The translations under genes and the position numbers were made by a program. Under the pieces are notes generated by a model. The model had not been told where the DNA came from. It saw only the letters and a list, made by a program, of their open reading frames with translations, and made no database searches. A stretch of DNA of 64,000 nucleotides from the NCBI RefSeq assembly GCF_000737315.1, contig NZ_JMCB01000009.1, forward strand, positions 264,373-328,372. Reading direction: 5' to 3'. This document shows, in pieces, positions 9,977-18,945 of this stretch. This DNA comes from Hyalangium minutum (GTDB lineage Bacteria > Myxococcota > Myxococcia > Myxococcales > Myxococcaceae). Within the stretch, counting starts at the first letter, position 1, and the number at the start of each line of letters is the position of its first letter.

Positions 9977-10127
9977 ACATGTCATTGCAGGTGCATCGCC
10001 TGCGTCACAACTCAGCAACATGCGCTGCGGATAATTTCTCCCCAGGCTAGTTGGTCACGATGTCGCATTCATCACTGCGGCGAATGGCATTCGCGCAGAG
10101 TAACGATAAGCCAAGTTGAGGTGGACA

Positions 10128-13100
10128 TCATCTCCACAACTCTTCCGGAATCCATGAGCGCCCCCAGTCCTTCAACTCTTTGGCGCCTCTTGGCCCTAGC
10201 ACACGATCCGGGAAAGGCGTGGGGTCGTCCGGCGAATTTCCCCAGAAATAGTAAGGGACCACATCAAGTAGTAAATGCAGAGCAGACCCTTGATCGGATC
10301 CAAAATTATATGTCCCTATATTAGCCGGATCCGTTACAAGCTGCCCATCCCTGAAGACAACCTCGCAGTGTCCATTGGGAGAGATAAATTTCTTGTTTCT
10401 CTCGTTCCCCAGCCCGTGCTGATGATAGACCGCTTTATCGGCAGGCACTGGAATCCAGCTTTTCGAGGCGAACTCATAAGACACGACACGATTATACTGA
10501 TTCCTATTATAATGTAGATCCTTCGCGATGACTATCCCCACAGCAGCCACGATAGCCCCAATCGGGACGGCAAAAAGACCAGACGGATCTACGTGCATGT
10601 GCGGCTGATTTGCCACGTATACATAAAAATTGGTGTCACCACCTGCAAAGCGAATAGGATCCTTGGTGGTCCACCTGCCTGTCTCGGCATCGTAGTCTCT
10701 AGCCCCAAAGCGGGTGAGTTTCGTGTCCCTGTCGTAAAGCCCCCCTGCAAAACCAAAGGGTTGGAAGCCTGGGTTGGAGTCAGCAAGCACGTTGCCCCAA
10801 ACGTCGTAGTCCAGTCGCTGAGCCACATTTCCATTGGCGATATCCACCACGAGGCGGGGGCTGCCTAGGTGATCCGATATGATACGGTAAGTGGTTCCCC
10901 CCTTGACCATATAATCGGGTGAGTGGCCTTGAGTGGCATACACGAAACGGGACACCACTTGATTGCTGCTATTCAACTCAGCAATCACTCGCAACTGCCC
11001 ATCATAGAGAAAACCTTGAGTGAGAGCGCCATTCACCATCTTGCCCACTCTTCGGCTCTGCGCATCCACTACGTACGCAATCCGTGTTCCGTTAGGAAGC
11101 GTGGCTGAGTGGAGGTTGCCCAAGGAGTCATACACATAAGTGGTGGATTGGGTCCCCACCTGCTTGCTCTGCAAATCTCCGCTGGGCCCATAGGTGTAGG
11201 TCGCATTACCAAACGTTAGCAACCGGTCCTGAGCATCGTAGGAGGCGGTTCGAGTTACACCCCCTACGACAAGTGCGGTGCGGTTGCCATTACCCGCCCC
11301 CCCGTTGTCGTAAGTGGCGTGGGAAATAACGGTACCGTCCTCTTGCAAATCCTCCAGTCTTCCTGCTGCGTCATACGTATAGACGTAGGTATGAGTCGTG
11401 CCCTGCACCGTCTCGAACTTACGATCAATGCGCCCCACGGCATCCCTGCGTAGTTGCACTGAGTAGAGGGATACGCTACCCCACGAGGTAGAAAGGCTTT
11501 CAATCTCCCCATAGGCATTGGGAACAATCGTAGTGGACACTTGCCCCAGAGTGGTGTCGGTAAGCACGCCATTCGTAGGACTGCGCACAAGCACCATGCT
11601 GCCAGCCTGTTTCATCAGCCCATCCTCGTCGTAGGCGTACACCACCGGGTTGGCGCCATTTATCGAAAGAGAGAAGGGGCGGAAGAACGCGTCATAGTTA
11701 TAGGAGACACTCCCGCTCACCCCTGTACTCCACGTCACCTGCTTAAGCAGTGCCCCGTCATACACATAGTTGAGGCTGGCCCCTTGCGAGTCTGTCAGCG
11801 ATTGAAGGTACCCACTCACGGGGTAGTAGACGGCCTGCAGTGTGCGAGCACTGTATCGACTGCTGCTCGGAGGAGTAGCCGTGAGGATCTGCAAGCGCCC
11901 TTTCTTGGACGTAGCATTATCCTCGTAGAAGGCCTGCACATCCGCCCCATCCGGATACGTAGACTGCTTCCACTGCCTGTCCACATTGTACTCCGAGTGG
12001 GTGTGTACGCGGGGCACGCCCGTGAGGCTGGGAGGGGTGTAATCCTCCTCCGCATCCGTCGGCGTGTAGGTAAACGAGTGTGCGGGTTGTCCTGAGGGCA
12101 CTAGGGTCTTCAAATTACCGTTGGCGTCGTAGTCGAAGTTCACCTGCCGGTTGCCCGGCAGCGCCTGCCCTCGCACCCGGCCTGCCAAATCATAGGAGAA
12201 GCTTGCAGTGCGGCCGAGTGCATCGGTCACCGTGTTCAAATATCCCTCGGGCTTATAGGTAAATGTGGAACTGCGGGTCCCCTGGGCGAGCAGCCTCAAC
12301 TGCCCTTCCGTGTCATAGTCATACGTCACCGGCAATATCCCTGGGACCTCCACCTTCACCACCTTGCCCTTGTCGTCATAGGTGGTCGTGACCTGTTTCC
12401 TCATAGGGCTCTGCTGAGTGAGTTTGCGCGTCGAGGCCTCGTACGTGAGGGTGGTGGTGAGCCCATTCACCGTCAGCACGTCCGTAAGCGTGGACAGGCT
12501 CAGCACGTCTTGTGGGTTGGTGAGTGTCACCGTGCGGCTGTGGCTGAAGTTTTGGGTCAGCCCACTGGGCAACTTCACCGTCTGGGAGCTCACCAGCGGA
12601 ACCTGCATCCCAAAGCGCGCATCCGGCCCCTCCACTGTGGTCACCAGTGTCCCATCCGCCGCAGTGACGGCAGTGGTGCCATTGGAGTTTCGCAGCGTCG
12701 TGGACACCTGGCCCGCTGCCCCCGTGAGGGTGCGCTGCTGCTCACCGGAGGAAAGGTTCTGCACCGCATACGTCGTGGTGCGGCCCATGGCAGTGCTTAC
12801 TGCCACGTTGTATCCGTTGGCGGTCTCGGTCCGAGCCAGAGCCTTGAATCCGCCCCCGGGCTGGTTGTCCTTCTTCAGCCTCCCATCCGGCTCATACTCG
12901 AACGTGTGCAAGCCTCCTCGAGGATCCTTGAGCGACGTCAAGAGACCACCCGCAGTATGAGCCAGTTCGATTGTCTCCGAGGCGGGATTCGTGACGGAAG
13001 ACAGATAGCCATTGCCATCCAGCCCCAACGTGGTGCGCTGGCCATGAGGCGCCACAATGGTCAGGGGCTTTCCCGAAGCATCCCGCTCCACCCGAGAGAT

Positions 13101-16100
13101 CAACCCATCCTCGTCCTTCACGGTCATCAACCGCCCAGCTTCGTCGTAGCCGAACTCGAAGCGCACCGACTTCGTCAGCGCGTCCAACGTCCGCAAGTGA
13201 CGCCCGCTGGAGTTGAAGACATAGACCTCTCCTCCATCCTCAGAGGGAATGATCAGGTCCTCGGAGCCAAACCCAGGCAGCGAAGAACTCACCTTGCGGA
13301 TGCGCTGACCCGACCATTCCGAGATGAACAGGCTCCCCTCTGGGCTGAGAGCCAAGCCACGAGGCGTATGGACCTGGGCCTGAGCCACAGGCCCCCCACT
13401 TCCACCCGAAGCGGGAAACCCCGTCCCCGTCACCGTGGTGATGATGCCATCGGGGCTCACTTTGCGGATGCGATGGTTCCCTGCATCAGCGATGAACAGA
13501 GTGCCACTCAGGTCAACCGCAATCCCTCGGGGCTCAAGCAACCGAGCCTGCGTGGCCGGCCCGCCATCTCCGCTGTAGCCAGGACTCGACGTCCCCGCCA
13601 CGGTGGTGATGATGCCGTGAGGGCTCACCTTACGAACACGGTGATTTCCTGTATCGGCAATCCAGAGATTTCCCGCTGAATCCAGCGCGATCTTCTGCGG
13701 GAGGTTCAGCCGCGCCTGGGTGGCCGACCCACCATCGCCACTGAATCCAGAAGCGCACTTCCCGACAGCCGTTGTGATCACCCCATCCGGACCTACCTTC
13801 CGGATGCGGTGATCATCCGCAATGAAGAGGCTTCCATCGCTTCCCAGCGCGATTCCCTGGGGGCCATACAGTCGTGCTTGCGTGGCGGGCCCACCATTTC
13901 CGCTGTACCCCCGGTTCCCAGTGCCCACCACGGTGGTGATGATCCCCTGAGAGTTGACCTTCCGGATGCTGAAGTTCCCCGTATCGACAATGAACAGGTT
14001 GTTCTCCGCATCCACCGCGATGTCTTGCGGAGACCGGAACTGGGCCTGAGTCGCGCTCCCACCATCTCCGCTGTAGCCCGGCACTCCGGTTCCAGCGACG
14101 GTCGTGATCGTCCCAGCCGGGCTCACCTTGCGGATACGATGATTCGCACTGTCCACAATGAAGAGGCTGCCATCCCGGCCGACCGCGATCCCTTCAGGCG
14201 ACAAGAGCTGGGACTGCGTCGCGGGCCCTCCATCCCCTCCAGAGCCCGGCACGCCTGTTCCAGCGACGGTCGTGATGACGCGCTGATTGAGGTCCAATGA
14301 GCTGCGGCGCTGCCCATACCCCAGATAGAGGACCTTCCCCATGGCGTCATAGGCGTGCTGGACATCGAGGGTCCATCCTCCCAGCCCCTGCGACGAAGAC
14401 TTGAACGTCCCCAGACTGCTCTCCCAATCCTGCCACAGCGTCATCTCACGCGTGTCTTGAGCAGCCGTGAAGGGGATACCCGAAATCCGTCCGAAGGCCT
14501 GCCCAAACTCCGCAGGCTGTTGGTAGATGAGCGAGTAGACATAGCCAACGCGAACCTTCGCGGGCCACTCCCCTTGCAAGACGCGCCCATACGCGTCCTT
14601 CCCATCCCACTCGAAGGTGTATTGCTGATTCACGGCGGCGGGGAACGTGTGCGTAAACCGCTGCCCAGCAATCTCCACCTCCAGCACCATCCGCCTGAGA
14701 CTGGCGGGCAGAGAGGCGCCGCTCAGGGGAACCTTCAGCCGGTAGTTCGTCTTCCGCCCCGGCACCCGGTCGCTCCTGTAATGCAAGCCGAACGGAGCAC
14801 CCACGAGCTCAATGGCTTCCCCCAAGGTCTGGGTCTGGCACTCGATGATCGACCCGCAGACGGCATCGGGCTTCTCCTCGGGCTTCTCCGCCTGAGGAGG
14901 TGACTGAATGGGCGCCTCTGCATCCAGGGGCGGACCGTAAGGCCAGTTACAATCCCACGGCGTGAAGTGGACGATGGGGGTGCGCCAAAGCGTCTTCCCC
15001 GCCGGGTACAGCCGCCCCAACTGCTGCAGTTCATCATCCAGGATGCCCAGGGGCACCAGCACATCAGGCCCGTCCGCGATCCCATCCCCATTCACATCCA
15101 ACACGGCCACGTTCGCATTGATGCCGAGGATCTTCACCACACGGCCGTTGTCCGAGGGCTTCCACACCCCAGACCTCCTGTCGTAGTAGCCCGCCGGCAC
15201 CACGCTCCCCACCGGGAAGTTCAGGAAGTTGTCCACGTACAGCGGCACCGGCTGCGTGAAGCGGACCTCCACGGCCCCGGCGGCCTGGGCCTCGTCCACG
15301 CTCAGCTCCACCGCATAGGTGTAGCCGCTGGTGGGCGGCAGATCTCCCGGCATCGCGTCCGGCCCTCGCTCTCCCACGGTGTACTCAGTGGCGCGCACGT
15401 GCCCCGTGGAGAGCGTCTGCGTGCTCCCATCGGGCAGCTCCATGCTCACCTGGGTGTTGGGAGGAAAGAGCAGGGTCGCCCGCCGTGTCCCGTCCGCGTC
15501 CGTAACGGGAGCGCCTTGCGCCACCTGCATCCCCGTGCTGCCCCCACCAAACTGCACTGGGGTCACCTGGGCATCGGCGCCCACCAGCACCACATCCTCG
15601 AGCCAGGCGTAGTTCTGCCAGGCCGGTTGCTCCTGGCGCTGAGAGGGCATGTACCCCGCCAGTTCGTACTGCAAGGTGAGCGGCACGCCTCCATTCACGG
15701 CCATGTCGAACATGCCGTTGGCTCGCGTCAGCGTGGCCCCAAACTCCGGATGGCCCAGCACGGACACCTTCACCCCTACCAGGGGGTTGCCCTCTCTCCC
15801 CTTCACGTGTCCGCGAAGCACCGCCACCCGCTTCGGGTCAATCGTCCCCTCGGCAACCCCTGTCTGGATCGCATGGGGGCCCGTGTAGAGAAACGCGGTG
15901 GCTTCGATGAACGGCGTTACCGCCGTCTCACTCACGGGCGTTACCACCTCTTCCAGTTCTGGACGCACCGTTACATGGAGCGTGGCTTCCGCCGGATTGC
16001 CAGCGGTGTCCTCCACCCGGGCCACCAGCGTGAGTGCCCCGGCGGCCAGCGTCACGGTCCCCTGCGCCCCCCTCTCCCCAGCGGAGAGCTGAGAGGAGAG

Positions 16101-16346
16101 GTCCTGCCCATTCACCAGCAGCCGGAAAGAGCCAGGCGCCACCCCCGAGGGATCGTCATAGGTCAGTGCGATGGTCTGGACGGTGCCATGGAGCGTGCTT
16201 CCCTCCTCGGGGCTCGTGAAGACCAAGGACGGTGGCGTCTCGTCCTTCGGGCCGGAGAGGGGCGGGTCATCCGCACAGCCTCCCAGCCATAGCGTCCCCG
16301 CGACCATCCACCACCCGAGAATGAACCGCAGACTTGAACGTTGCAT
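10128..16346 (-). CDS. teneurin-like RHS/YD-repeat lipoprotein with NHL propeller and C-terminal toxin-like tip (2072 aa)
   Basis: Lipobox LGGC, Ig domain, and teneurin-type segments VLRGHV..LVGVKV..TLTRANGMFDMAVNGG and YTFEWDGKDAYGR...VRVGYVY. Then six NHL repeats, YD repeats, and RHS core end PFGFAGGLYD...RDYD..TGRWTTKDP...DPSGL. Confidence 0.92.
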   Translation of the reverse strand: MQRSSLRFILGWWMVAGTLWLGGCADDPPLSGPKDETPPSLVFTSPEEGSTLHGTVQTIALTYDDPSGVAPGSFRLLVNGQDLSSQLSAGERGAQGTVTLAAGALTLVARVEDTAGNPAEATLHVTVRPELEEVVTPVSETAVTPFIEATAFLYTGPHAIQTGVAEGTIDPKRVAVLRGHVKGREGNPLVGVKVSVLGHPEFGATLTRANGMFDMAVNGGVPLTLQYELAGYMPSQRQEQPAWQNYAWLEDVVLVGADAQVTPVQFGGGSTGMQVAQGAPVTDADGTRRATLLFPPNTQVSMELPDGSTQTLSTGHVRATEYTVGERGPDAMPGDLPPTSGYTYAVELSVDEAQAAGAVEVRFTQPVPLYVDNFLNFPVGSVVPAGYYDRRSGVWKPSDNGRVVKILGINANVAVLDVNGDGIADGPDVLVPLGILDDELQQLGRLYPAGKTLWRTPIVHFTPWDCNWPYGPPLDAEAPIQSPPQAEKPEEKPDAVCGSIIECQTQTLGEAIELVGAPFGLHYRSDRVPGRKTNYRLKVPLSGASLPASLRRMVLEVEIAGQRFTHTFPAAVNQQYTFEWDGKDAYGRVLQGEWPAKVRVGYVYSLIYQQPAEFGQAFGRISGIPFTAAQDTREMTLWQDWESSLGTFKSSSQGLGGWTLDVQHAYDAMGKVLYLGYGQRRSSLDLNQRVITTVAGTGVPGSGGDGGPATQSQLLSPEGIAVGRDGSLFIVDSANHRIRKVSPAGTITTVAGTGVPGYSGDGGSATQAQFRSPQDIAVDAENNLFIVDTGNFSIRKVNSQGIITTVVGTGNRGYSGNGGPATQARLYGPQGIALGSDGSLFIADDHRIRKVGPDGVITTAVGKCASGFSGDGGSATQARLNLPQKIALDSAGNLWIADTGNHRVRKVSPHGIITTVAGTSSPGYSGDGGPATQARLLEPRGIAVDLSGTLFIADAGNHRIRKVSPDGIITTVTGTGFPASGGSGGPVAQAQVHTPRGLALSPEGSLFISEWSGQRIRKVSSSLPGFGSEDLIIPSEDGGEVYVFNSSGRHLRTLDALTKSVRFEFGYDEAGRLMTVKDEDGLISRVERDASGKPLTIVAPHGQRTTLGLDGNGYLSSVTNPASETIELAHTAGGLLTSLKDPRGGLHTFEYEPDGRLKKDNQPGGGFKALARTETANGYNVAVSTAMGRTTTYAVQNLSSGEQQRTLTGAAGQVSTTLRNSNGTTAVTAADGTLVTTVEGPDARFGMQVPLVSSQTVKLPSGLTQNFSHSRTVTLTNPQDVLSLSTLTDVLTVNGLTTTLTYEASTRKLTQQSPMRKQVTTTYDDKGKVVKVEVPGILPVTYDYDTEGQLRLLAQGTRSSTFTYKPEGYLNTVTDALGRTASFSYDLAGRVRGQALPGNRQVNFDYDANGNLKTLVPSGQPAHSFTYTPTDAEEDYTPPSLTGVPRVHTHSEYNVDRQWKQSTYPDGADVQAFYEDNATSKKGRLQILTATPPSSSRYSARTLQAVYYPVSGYLQSLTDSQGASLNYVYDGALLKQVTWSTGVSGSVSYNYDAFFRPFSLSINGANPVVYAYDEDGLMKQAGSMVLVRSPTNGVLTDTTLGQVSTTIVPNAYGEIESLSTSWGSVSLYSVQLRRDAVGRIDRKFETVQGTTHTYVYTYDAAGRLEDLQEDGTVISHATYDNGGAGNGNRTALVVGGVTRTASYDAQDRLLTFGNATYTYGPSGDLQSKQVGTQSTTYVYDSLGNLHSATLPNGTRIAYVVDAQSRRVGKMVNGALTQGFLYDGQLRVIAELNSSNQVVSRFVYATQGHSPDYMVKGGTTYRIISDHLGSPRLVVDIANGNVAQRLDYDVWGNVLADSNPGFQPFGFAGGLYDRDTKLTRFGARDYDAETGRWTTKDPIRFAGGDTNFYVYVANQPHMHVDPSGLFAVPIGAIVAAVGIVIAKDLHYNRNQYNRVVSYEFASKSWIPVPADKAVYHQHGLGNERNKKFISPNGHCEVVFRDGQLVTDPANIGTYNFGSDQGSALHLLLDVVPYYFWGNSPDDPTPFPDRVLGPRGAKELKDWGRSWIPEELWR
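13287..14280 (-). repeat. six intragenic NHL repeats (about 56 aa each)
   Basis: Six copies of ITTVAGTG..G.SGDGG.ATQA.L..P.GIA.....LFI.D..NHRIRKV. Confidence 0.9.
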
Positions 16347-16447
16347 GAGCGTTCCCCAACAAGCATCAAATCAGAGCGGGTGCCTGCGCAGTGCCCCCTG
16401 GCGGAAAGACGCCTTGAAGCGAGCACCACGCGGTCCCACTGCCCATA

Positions 16448-18859
16448 TCAGTCAACACACTCGAGCCGCACCGTCACCGTCACCCTGGCCGTGTCCGTAG
16501 CGCCACTTCCATTGGAGACGGTGTAGAGAAAGCTCATGTTGCCGAGAAAGTTTGGCGCGGGGGTGAAGCGCAGCACACCTCCGCTGAGGCTGACCGTTCC
16601 GCTGGCCGGCTGAGTCACGGAGGTGATGATGAGGGTCCCCGACGCCGAGCTGTCATTGGCCAGCACGTTCAGCACCGTGGGCCCGCTGTCATCCGCCACC
16701 GTGAAGGCGTCATTTCCGGCATGGAGCACGCTGTTCACCGTCACCGTCATCCACACCGCGGCCGTCGCGGATCCACCCGTCCCATCCGAGACCGTGTAGG
16801 TAAAATACGTGGTGCCAACGAAGGTCTCCGCGGGGGTGAAGCGCACCACGCCTCCAGAGAGCGTCACGGTGCCGCCCGTCGGCTGCGTCACCGCTACGAT
16901 GGTCAAGGTCTCCCCCAAATCCGGGGCCGATGAGTCATTGGCCAAGAGGTTCAACTCCGTGGCCTCGCTGTCCTCCATGACAGAGAAGCTGTCGTCTCGG
17001 GCTGTCGGAGGGTCGTTCACGGGCGTCACGGTCACGGTGACCGCAGCTGTATCAATCCCTCCATTCCCGTCGGAGAGGGTGTAGGTGAAGTTCGTGGTGC
17101 CGAAGAAGTCTGGAGCAGCGGTGAAGAAGAGCGTGCCGCCACTGACGAAGACCGAGCCGTTCGCGGGTTGAGTCGCTGAAGTGACGGTGCGCGTCCCCGT
17201 CGCAGAGGCATCATTGGCAAGCACATCCAGTGCAGCAGTCCCGCTGTCCTCGGCCACCGTGAAGGCGTCGTCCACCGCATTCGTCGCTACCGCCGTCACC
17301 GTCACTGTCACCGTGGCCGTATCGGTTCCTCCGATGCCGTCCGAGATGATGTAGGTGAAGTTCGTGGTGCCGACAAAGTTCGTCGCGGGGGTAAAGCGCA
17401 GCACGCCTCCTGTGAGGCTCACCGTGCCATTGGCGGGCTGGGTCGCCGCAGTCAGAGTGATTGTCCCCGATGCCGAGCTGTCATTGGCCAGTACGTCCAG
17501 CACGGTGGCTCCGCCATTCCGGGCCACGGTGAAGCTGTCGTCCACCGCATCCGTCACTGCCGCCAGCCCCACTCTCACGGTCACCAGAGCCGTGTCGGTC
17601 CCTCCTGAGCCATCCGAGAGGGTGTAGGAGAAGCTCGTGGTACCGGAGAAGTTAGACGCTGGGGTGAAGTTCACCATGCCCCCAGTGAGGACCACCGTCG
17701 CATTCGCCGGCTGTGTGACGGCACTGACGGAGATTGTCTCCCCCTGATCTGGAGCGGCGGTGTCATTGGCCAGAACATCGAGCGGAGTCGTCCCGCTGTT
17801 CTGGGCGACCGAGAACGTATCGTTCACCGCGTCCGGTGGGTCGTTCACGGGCGTTACCGTCACCGTCACCGAGGCGGTACTGGTCCCTCCACTTCCATCG
17901 GAGACCGTATAAGTGAAGCCCGTGATGCCAAAGAAGTTAGAGGCGGGGGTGAAGCGCACGACACCGCCACTGAGGGTCACCGTGCCGTTAAAGGGTTGAG
18001 TGACGGCCGTGACGGTGAGCGTCCCCGACGACGTGCTGTCGTTGGCCAGCACGTCGATCGCCGTTGGACCGCTGTCCTCAAGTACGGTCAAGGTGTCGTC
18101 GGTGGCCACCGGTCCGACGGTGTCGACCGTGAAGGTGTTGGCGTTCGACTGCGAGCCGGTGTTGCCTACTTCGTCGGTCGCAGTGGCTTGCACCACGTGA
18201 GAGCCATCCACCAGTAGCCCCGGGGAGGTGAAGCTCCAGTTGCCTGAGCCATCCACCGTCGTGCTGCCCACCACGGTCCCATCCACGATGATGACGACGG
18301 TGCTGCTGGGCTCAGCTGTGCCTGAGTAGGTCGGCGTCGTGTCGTTGATTCGCGAGCCGTTGGCCGGCAAGTAGATGGCCGGGGCGGCTGGAGGGGTGGT
18401 GTCCACCGTGAAGGTATTGGGCGTGGACTCAGGGCTGGTATTCCCTTGGGCGTCGGCAGCCGTGGCCCGTACCTCGTGAATCCCATCCGTCAGTGGCGTG
18501 GTCGAGGTGAAGGCCCAGGTACCTCCAGTCACTGCCGTAGATGTACCCAGGGACACACCGTCCACCAAGACGGAGACGGTGACCGTATTGCCTTGCTCAG
18601 TAGTGCCCGAGTAGGTCGGCGTCGGGTCACTCGTTCGCGAGCCGTTGGCGGGGGTAACCACCACAGGAGCAGGCGGAGCGGCGATGATGGCCGTAACGCT
18701 GTTGCCCTGACGTGCCGCCGCGGCATTCGCCGCGGGAGGAGTTTGGGTCTCTTGGCTACAAGAGAGACTCAGCGCTCCCAGCATGACTGGCAGCACCAGG
18801 AGTTTTGCAAAGACGGCGACCTTCGTCTGAAGGCATGGATCCACAGATCCCCCTCTCAC
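16448..18859 (-). CDS. Ig-like/cadherin-like repeat surface adhesin lipoprotein
   Basis: Lipobox LSLSC, two bacterial Ig domains (NGS...PTYSGT...VDG), six A.DD.F.V...DVLAND repeats. Start uncertain (18859, 18844 or 18784). Confidence 0.85.
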   Translation of the reverse strand: MRGGSVDPCLQTKVAVFAKLLVLPVMLGALSLSCSQETQTPPAANAAAARQGNSVTAIIAAPPAPVVVTPANGSRTSDPTPTYSGTTEQGNTVTVSVLVDGVSLGTSTAVTGGTWAFTSTTPLTDGIHEVRATAADAQGNTSPESTPNTFTVDTTPPAAPAIYLPANGSRINDTTPTYSGTAEPSSTVVIIVDGTVVGSTTVDGSGNWSFTSPGLLVDGSHVVQATATDEVGNTGSQSNANTFTVDTVGPVATDDTLTVLEDSGPTAIDVLANDSTSSGTLTVTAVTQPFNGTVTLSGGVVRFTPASNFFGITGFTYTVSDGSGGTSTASVTVTVTPVNDPPDAVNDTFSVAQNSGTTPLDVLANDTAAPDQGETISVSAVTQPANATVVLTGGMVNFTPASNFSGTTSFSYTLSDGSGGTDTALVTVRVGLAAVTDAVDDSFTVARNGGATVLDVLANDSSASGTITLTAATQPANGTVSLTGGVLRFTPATNFVGTTNFTYIISDGIGGTDTATVTVTVTAVATNAVDDAFTVAEDSGTAALDVLANDASATGTRTVTSATQPANGSVFVSGGTLFFTAAPDFFGTTNFTYTLSDGNGGIDTAAVTVTVTPVNDPPTARDDSFSVMEDSEATELNLLANDSSAPDLGETLTIVAVTQPTGGTVTLSGGVVRFTPAETFVGTTYFTYTVSDGTGGSATAAVWMTVTVNSVLHAGNDAFTVADDSGPTVLNVLANDSSASGTLIITSVTQPASGTVSLSGGVLRFTPAPNFLGNMSFLYTVSNGSGATDTARVTVTVRLECVD
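16466..18115 (-). repeat. six tandem cadherin-like (Big_9-type) domain repeats, about 95 aa each
   Basis: Recurrent DD.F.V..DSG.T.LDVLAND..TQP..GTV...GG..RFTPA.NF.G...FTY.VSDG.GG..TA.VTV. Confidence 0.88.
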
Positions 18860-18945
18860 GATAAGCTGACTCGCTTACCGCCAGCTTAGATCACCTCTCA
18901 TGGATGTGGTGCGTAATCATGGCAGGAATTTCGAAGGGGATAGGA

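Noticed and set aside
10075-10098. Palindrome CTGCG-G-CGAATGGCATTCG-CGCAG downstream of the RHS gene
   Set aside because: A single short inverted repeat with no U tract or second copy. It could be a terminator or binding site but is unsupported.
11246-11260. GGTTCGAGT, resembling a tRNA T-loop
   Set aside because: It lies inside the RHS coding sequence with no cloverleaf context.
13287-18115. Regularly spaced repeats that might suggest a CRISPR-like array
   Set aside because: They are degenerate protein-domain repeats (NHL, cadherin-like) in open frames, not identical repeats with unique spacers. No cas genes are present.
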